DNA from: an uncultured Candidatus Rokubacteria bacterium
GTDB taxonomy: Bacteria > Methylomirabilota > Methylomirabilia > Rokubacteriales > CSP1-6
Assembly (NCBI GenBank): GCA_963754315.1
Contig: CAVWFS010000019.1
Coordinates: forward strand, 736,001 to 800,000
Direction of reading: 5' to 3'
DNA: 64,000 nt
Shown here: positions 58,144 to 64,000 of the stretch, in pieces
Layout: the number at the start of each line of letters is the position of its first letter
Position numbering within the stretch: position 1 is the stretch's first letter
Notes under the pieces: model-generated
What the model saw: only the letters and a program-made list of their open reading frames with translations
Databases searched by the model: none
Told to the model about the DNA's origin: nothing
Made by a program: the position numbers and the translations under genes

Positions 58144-58623
58144 ATGGGAGCCCGTGCCGAGCAACTAGCCAACACGTTCGAGCAAGCGTGTCGTGACTTC
58201 AACGTCCTCGTGGAGCGTCTCACCGACGCGGAGTGGAAGAAGATCACCGCCGCCGATAAGTGGCCGGTCGGCGTGGTCGCCCATCACGTGGCCCAGGGGC
58301 ACGCCGGTATCATGGGCATTCTGCAAGCGGTCGCCAAGGGACAGTCCATGCCCAACGTCACCATGGACATGATCCACGACATGAACGCGAAACACGCCAA
58401 GGAGCATGCCAACACGACCAAAGTGGTGACGCTCGAGCTGCTGCAGACCAACGGCGCCAAGGCAGCGGAGGCCGTGCGGGGGCTGAGCGACGCCGATCTC
58501 GACCGCAGCGGCACCGTGCTGACCGGCATGCCTCCCATGTCGGCCGCACAAGTCATCGAGCGAATTCTCATCAACCACGTGAACGAGCACATGGGTAGCA
58601 TCCGCGCCACTGTCGGGCGTTAA
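58144..58623 (+). CDS. DinB/YfiT-like protein
   Basis: LTDAEW...WPVGVVAHH and C-terminal HVNEH. Confidence 0.75.
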   Translation: MGARAEQLANTFEQACRDFNVLVERLTDAEWKKITAADKWPVGVVAHHVAQGHAGIMGILQAVAKGQSMPNVTMDMIHDMNAKHAKEHANTTKVVTLELLQTNGAKAAEAVRGLSDADLDRSGTVLTGMPPMSAAQVIERILINHVNEHMGSIRATVGR

Positions 58624-58639
58624 CGCGATCGAGGACTCG

Positions 58640-58673
58640 CGGGCGTCGGGGACGCCCCGGTCCCCGACGCCCG
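58640..58673. terminator. Perfect 14-bp hairpin between convergent genes
   Basis: CGGGCGTCGGGGAC-GCCCCG-GTCCCCGACGCCCG; no clear U-tract. Confidence 0.6.
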
Positions 58674-58676
58674 TCG

Positions 58677-59702
58677 TTAACGGGTGCCCGCGTACTCCTT
58701 ACGGTGGAAATAGTTGGCGTTGTAGAACTGCAGCACGAGGTCGCGATAGACGGCTGGGGGGTAGCGCGGCGGGTTGTCGAGACCGACGCAACTGGGAAGA
58801 CACTCGATGACCGAGTCGACGTTGGGGCTGAAGAAGAACGCGATCGAGTAGCGGTCCTTCCCCGAATCGTTCACCACGCCGTGGGGCGTCGACAGGAACC
58901 GATCGTTCGACCACCGCTTCATCATGTTGCCAAGGTTGACGAGGAATGTGCCCGGAATGAGCGGGGGAGCCAGCCACTCACCGCTGGGCAGGCACACCGC
59001 CAGGCCCGGGACGTCCATCCGGGCCAGGATGGTGATGAACGAGTTGTCCGTGTGGGGCCCCTGCCCGAACTGCTCGTCGTCGTCCACGTCCTGAGGCGGA
59101 TAGTGCAGGAAGCGTAGATTGATGTGCGCCTCGTTCGCGAAGAACGGTGCGAAGTAGTCGGTCGGCATGTCGAGGGCACGGGCCAGCACGGGGAGCATCT
59201 GCTGTCCCACTCTCTCCAAGGTCTTGAAGTAGCCGACCATCGCCGACCGCATCCCGGGATGTCCCTCGGGCCACTGGTTGCGCCCGCGTAGAGGAGTGCC
59301 ACCCACCACGTCCGGGTGATCGGCGCCGCGATCGTGACTGATGAAGAAGCTCTCGTTGAAGTTGGGGCGGGTGGCCTTGTGGACGGTCGAGGCTCCCTGG
59401 ATACTCTGGTTCGGCGCCAGGTAGCCGATGTTGTTCTCGTTCAGCGCGAGCCGCTGTTTCGTCTCCAGGGGCAGCGCGTGGAACTCGCGCGACGCTGCGA
59501 AGGCGGCGTCGACGACCTGCGGGGCCACCCCGTGGCCCGCGAGATAGAAGAAGCCGACCCGTTCGCTTGCGCATCGCACCTCGCGCGCCACCGCGTCCAG
59601 GCCGCCCGGCTCGCGCTTGAAGGCAGGCGCGAAATCGATCACGGGAATAGCCTTGGTCGCCTCCTCGAGGTTCGTGACCGCCTTGGCCTTGAAAAGGTTC
59701 AT
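58677..59702 (-). CDS. 2-oxoglutarate/Fe(II) oxygenase (isopenicillin N synthase family)
   Basis: IPVIDF, GFFYLAGHG, LHYPP, HTD, STPH and RYS. Confidence 0.92.
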   Translation of the reverse strand: MNLFKAKAVTNLEEATKAIPVIDFAPAFKREPGGLDAVAREVRCASERVGFFYLAGHGVAPQVVDAAFAASREFHALPLETKQRLALNENNIGYLAPNQSIQGASTVHKATRPNFNESFFISHDRGADHPDVVGGTPLRGRNQWPEGHPGMRSAMVGYFKTLERVGQQMLPVLARALDMPTDYFAPFFANEAHINLRFLHYPPQDVDDDEQFGQGPHTDNSFITILARMDVPGLAVCLPSGEWLAPPLIPGTFLVNLGNMMKRWSNDRFLSTPHGVVNDSGKDRYSIAFFFSPNVDSVIECLPSCVGLDNPPRYPPAVYRDLVLQFYNANYFHRKEYAGTR

Positions 59703-59749
59703 GCGCCGATGGTAGCGCCCGCGCCTGACGAAAGCCAGGGTCCGATCCG

Positions 59750-60997
59750 CTAGGGCATCGCCGCGATCAGATCGACCTCGACCAGCGCGCCAGGGACCAG
59801 CAGCCCGGTGGTCCCCACCGTGGTGCGGGGTGGGGGCGTCGGAAAGAACTCCTTCCACACCTCGTCGAAGTCGTTGAAGCAGTCGAGATCCACCATGAAC
59901 ACCTGAGCCTTGACCACGTTAGCCAACGACGTCCCGGCCGCTTCGAACGTCCTGGCATAGTTGTCCAGGATATAGCGGGTCTGTCGCTTGATATCCGAGC
60001 CGTAGAACGGAAACGCGGGATCCGTGCGGGCTTCGGCGGGGATGCCCGTCTTGAAATCGCTGGCGAGATGCCCAGCCGTGAACACCAGGTTGTCCACGCG
60101 CACGGCCGGTGTGTAGTGGGCGAGGGGCTGCGGAATACTGGAAACGGCGATGGGGTGCCGCGGCGCCGACGGGAGGGCGGCAATGAGGTCGATCTCCACA
60201 AGTGTGTCCCGCACGAGCAGCCCGGTGGTCCCCACCGTCGTCCGCGGCGGGGGGGTCGGGAAGAACTCCCTCCACACCTCGTCAAAGCCATTGAAGTCCA
60301 TCAGATCCGTCAGGAACACCTGACCTTTCACCACGTTCGCCAGGGAGGTACCCGCGGCGGCAAGGGTCTTGGCGAGATTGTTCAAGATATAGCGCGTCTG
60401 CTTCTTGATAGCGGATCCGTAGTACGGGAACGCGGGATCGACGCGAGCCTCCGGCGGCACCCCACGCTCGAAATCGCTCGCCAGCTGCCCCGCCGCGAAC
60501 ACCAGGTTACCCACCCGCACCGCCTCGGCGTAGTGAGCGAGCGGCCGGGGAGCGGAAGACATCACGCGCTCGGCGGGGCTGCTCGGCATACTGGCGATGA
60601 GGTCGATCTCCACGAGCGTGTCCCGCACCAGCAGCCCGGTGGTCCCCACCGTCGTCCGCGGCGGGGGGGTCGGGAAGAACTCTCTCCACACTTCGTCGAA
60701 GCCATTGAAGTTCATGAGGTCAGTGTGAAAAACCTGGGCCTTGACCACATGCTCCAGGGACGTGCCCGCCGCCTGAAACGTCAGCGCCAGGTTCTTTAGG
60801 ACATAGCGCGTCTGCTTCTTGATAGCGGATCCGTAGTACGGAAAGGCTGGATCGACCAGGGCTTCACGGGGCACGCCTGTCCGGTAGTCGCTGGCGATCT
60901 GGCCCGCGGCAAACACCAATGGCGCGGCGCGGGCAGCCGGGGTGTAGTGGGCCAGCGGCTTGGGGATATCGGGCACGTCGATGCGTTCTCTCGGCAC
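59750..60997 (-). CDS. Protein made of three tandem RidA/YjgF domains
   Basis: Three units of about 138 aa, each with PLAHY, VF.AG, QTRY, FDEVW.EFFPTPPPRTTV and VE.DLIA. Confidence 0.9.
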   Translation of the reverse strand: MPRERIDVPDIPKPLAHYTPAARAAPLVFAAGQIASDYRTGVPREALVDPAFPYYGSAIKKQTRYVLKNLALTFQAAGTSLEHVVKAQVFHTDLMNFNGFDEVWREFFPTPPPRTTVGTTGLLVRDTLVEIDLIASMPSSPAERVMSSAPRPLAHYAEAVRVGNLVFAAGQLASDFERGVPPEARVDPAFPYYGSAIKKQTRYILNNLAKTLAAAGTSLANVVKGQVFLTDLMDFNGFDEVWREFFPTPPPRTTVGTTGLLVRDTLVEIDLIAALPSAPRHPIAVSSIPQPLAHYTPAVRVDNLVFTAGHLASDFKTGIPAEARTDPAFPFYGSDIKRQTRYILDNYARTFEAAGTSLANVVKAQVFMVDLDCFNDFDEVWKEFFPTPPPRTTVGTTGLLVPGALVEVDLIAAMP

Positions 60998-61094
60998 GAT
61001 GCTTCTCCCTCATGCTCGGCGATCTGGGCGGCTTATGACGCCCTGGTGGGTCTTCACGCAGCCGTCTTCAAATAGGCGGCGCACGCGTGACGAG

Positions 61095-62333
<1,239 letters not shown>

Positions 62334-62365
62334 CTAGTCCGCGCCGGGTCTGGGCCTCCCGCTCG

Positions 62366-63190
62366 TCACGGGCGCGTGATCTCCGGCGGCACGATGGTGA
62401 GGCGAAACCGATACGGAGTTCCGGCGTCACCGAGCGCGACCTCGTTCGTCCAGTCCTTGAGCTCCACGCAACCCGCCCGCTCACGGCCACCGATGGTGAC
62501 ACCGTTGACGAGCGTCCCGAGACGGCTGCCGCGGTCGATGAGAAAGTACCGCTGGCCCAAGCGGACGAGGGCGCAGTGATTCAACGAGATCTGGTACGGT
62601 TCCTGGTCTCTCAGCCCTAGCTCGTTGCGCGAGAGCGGATCGAGGCCATCCGTTTTTCGGCCAATGCGAAAGGGGAAGCGCTTCACGGAGACACACGCTT
62701 CCGGCAGGCTCCCGGTGGCTTCAGGCGTGAGTCCTTCGAGATACAGGACAGGCGCGGAGAGGATGCTGGCGGGAGAGGGGTGGAGCACGGTTTCGCCGAA
62801 TGACATCAGCGCGTTAGCAGAATCGCTGTCGAGCCCAGACTGCCGGGCCAGCTCGATGGCCAGCGCGTCGAGGATGCGGATTCGTTCACACAGCATGGCC
62901 ACCAGTGGAATCATCGAATCCGGATCCGAGCGCCACACGCGAAGGAATGCCTCGCGGTCGAGAACACGAACGTCCACATCTTCGAGGGCCCGCACGCTGG
63001 CCGAGCGGGAGCGCTCGGTGATCAGCGCCATCTCGCCGAAGATGTCGCCGGGGCCTAGAATCGACAGGCGCTGTTCGGGTGGTCCGGCTCTGTAGATCTC
63101 CACGAACCCCGCGTTGATGATGTAGGCATCCGAGGTGAACTCGCCCTCGGCGATGATGACGTCGCCCTTCTGGTAGCTGGAGCGCCTCAC
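62366..63190 (-). CDS. Cyclic-nucleotide-binding plus FHA domain protein
   Basis: FGEMALI...RSASVRA (cNMP domain); FRIGR...QISLNH...DRGSRLGTLVNG (FHA domain). Confidence 0.85.
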   Translation of the reverse strand: MRRSSYQKGDVIIAEGEFTSDAYIINAGFVEIYRAGPPEQRLSILGPGDIFGEMALITERSRSASVRALEDVDVRVLDREAFLRVWRSDPDSMIPLVAMLCERIRILDALAIELARQSGLDSDSANALMSFGETVLHPSPASILSAPVLYLEGLTPEATGSLPEACVSVKRFPFRIGRKTDGLDPLSRNELGLRDQEPYQISLNHCALVRLGQRYFLIDRGSRLGTLVNGVTIGGRERAGCVELKDWTNEVALGDAGTPYRFRLTIVPPEITRP

Positions 63191-63357
63191 GTGCGCCTTC
63201 TTTCTAACATGGGGTCCCGAAAATCGCCCCTGGCCAGTCAGGGCACAGCGACTTTGTCCCTGCCAGATACCCCCAGTCCCTGAGAGCCACCCCAATGGGC
63301 CTTTCCAAGTTCGACAGTACCCAACCCTTATCGGCCGTAGAAAGGTTGCCCTGGCGC

Positions 63358-63388
63358 TTGACAGTCCCCTCGAGAGCCGCTATATGAT
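63358..63388 (+). promoter_or_regulatory. Putative sigma70 promoter of hsp20
   Basis: TTGACA followed 17-19 nt later by TATATGAT, in an AT-rich intergenic region. Confidence 0.5.
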
Positions 63389-63443
63389 GTTTAGAGAGTT
63401 ATAAAATATTAGTCGTAGACACTAAATAGGAGGTAGAAGAATC

Positions 63444-63926
63444 ATGTTGCATGTCACCCGGTTCGCCCCTTTGACCCCGATGTTCCAGCTGCGCCGCGAT
63501 ATCGATGATCTTTTCGGCCGTGTTTTCGGGCAGATGTCCGGAGGCTCCCAGGGATCCTCGGGGGACTGGAACGCCTGGACTCCCGCGGTCGAGGGTTCTG
63601 AGGACGAGCGGCACTACGTGATCCGAATTGCGCTTCCAGGCATTGATCCGAAGGATGTCGACGTGACGATGGCCGACAGCCAACTGACGATCAAGGGGCA
63701 GCGCAAGCGCGATGCGGAGACCAAACAGGAGAGTTATTTCGCGCGGGAGTTGTCCTACGGCGCGTTCGAGCGCAGCTTCACCCTTCCCGAGGGTGTCGAC
63801 GTGACGAAGATCAGTGCCCGCTACAGCAACGGCATGCTCGAAGTGACGGTGCCCAAGCCTGTCGCCGAAGCGCCACGGAAGGTGGCGATCGAGGTGGAGG
63901 GGGCCTCGCAGAAGGTACTGTCCTGA
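63444..63926 (+). CDS. Hsp20/alpha-crystallin small heat-shock protein
   Basis: LPGIDPKDV, YGAFERSFTLP and A.YSNGMLEVTVPK; AGGAGG RBS. Confidence 0.95.
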   Translation: MLHVTRFAPLTPMFQLRRDIDDLFGRVFGQMSGGSQGSSGDWNAWTPAVEGSEDERHYVIRIALPGIDPKDVDVTMADSQLTIKGQRKRDAETKQESYFARELSYGAFERSFTLPEGVDVTKISARYSNGMLEVTVPKPVAEAPRKVAIEVEGASQKVLS

Positions 63927-63966
63927 TCTCGCAGAGCGCACTCTCCAACTAGGCTGACCCACACAG

Positions 63967-63998
63967 CAGGAGTGCCCCGGCAAGCCGGGGCACTCCTG
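63967..63998 (+). terminator. Hairpin terminator after hsp20
   Basis: CAGGAGTGCCCCGG-CAAG-CCGGGGCACTCCTG; the window ends before any U-tract could be seen. Confidence 0.65.
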
Positions 63999-64000
63999 TA

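Noticed and set aside
63358..63425. CIRCE operator upstream of hsp20
   Set aside because: No adequate match to TTAGCACTC-N9-GAGTGCTAA.

Overview
GC-rich bacterial window of densely packed accessory-metabolism genes: ABC and TTT transporters, LLM flavin oxidoreductases, SDRs, glcDEF, a Mo-hydroxylase large subunit, phnA, recQ and hsp20. The gene style resembles soil lineages such as Rokubacteria; this is an unverified impression. Main signals missed by the ORF track: (1) three genes are split by an in-frame TGA exactly where the family has a catalytic or redox Cys. They are a rhodanese-MoeB fusion directly after selD, a DsrE-family protein (UxxC) and a peroxiredoxin with a non-canonical active site. 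Each TGA is followed by a hairpin whose G-containing loop lies 20-22 nt downstream, so these are three probable selenoproteins with SECIS elements. (2) A 32-aa pqqA precursor heads a pqqABCDE operon followed by a PQQ-type dehydrogenase and a diheme cytochrome c. (3) A dispersed GC-rich double-hairpin repeat family has at least 5 copies, and one array lies inside the recQ reading frame. (4) One protein consists of three fused RidA domains. About a dozen single-base insertions break otherwise intact genes and are most likely sequencing or consensus errors rather than pseudogenisation.
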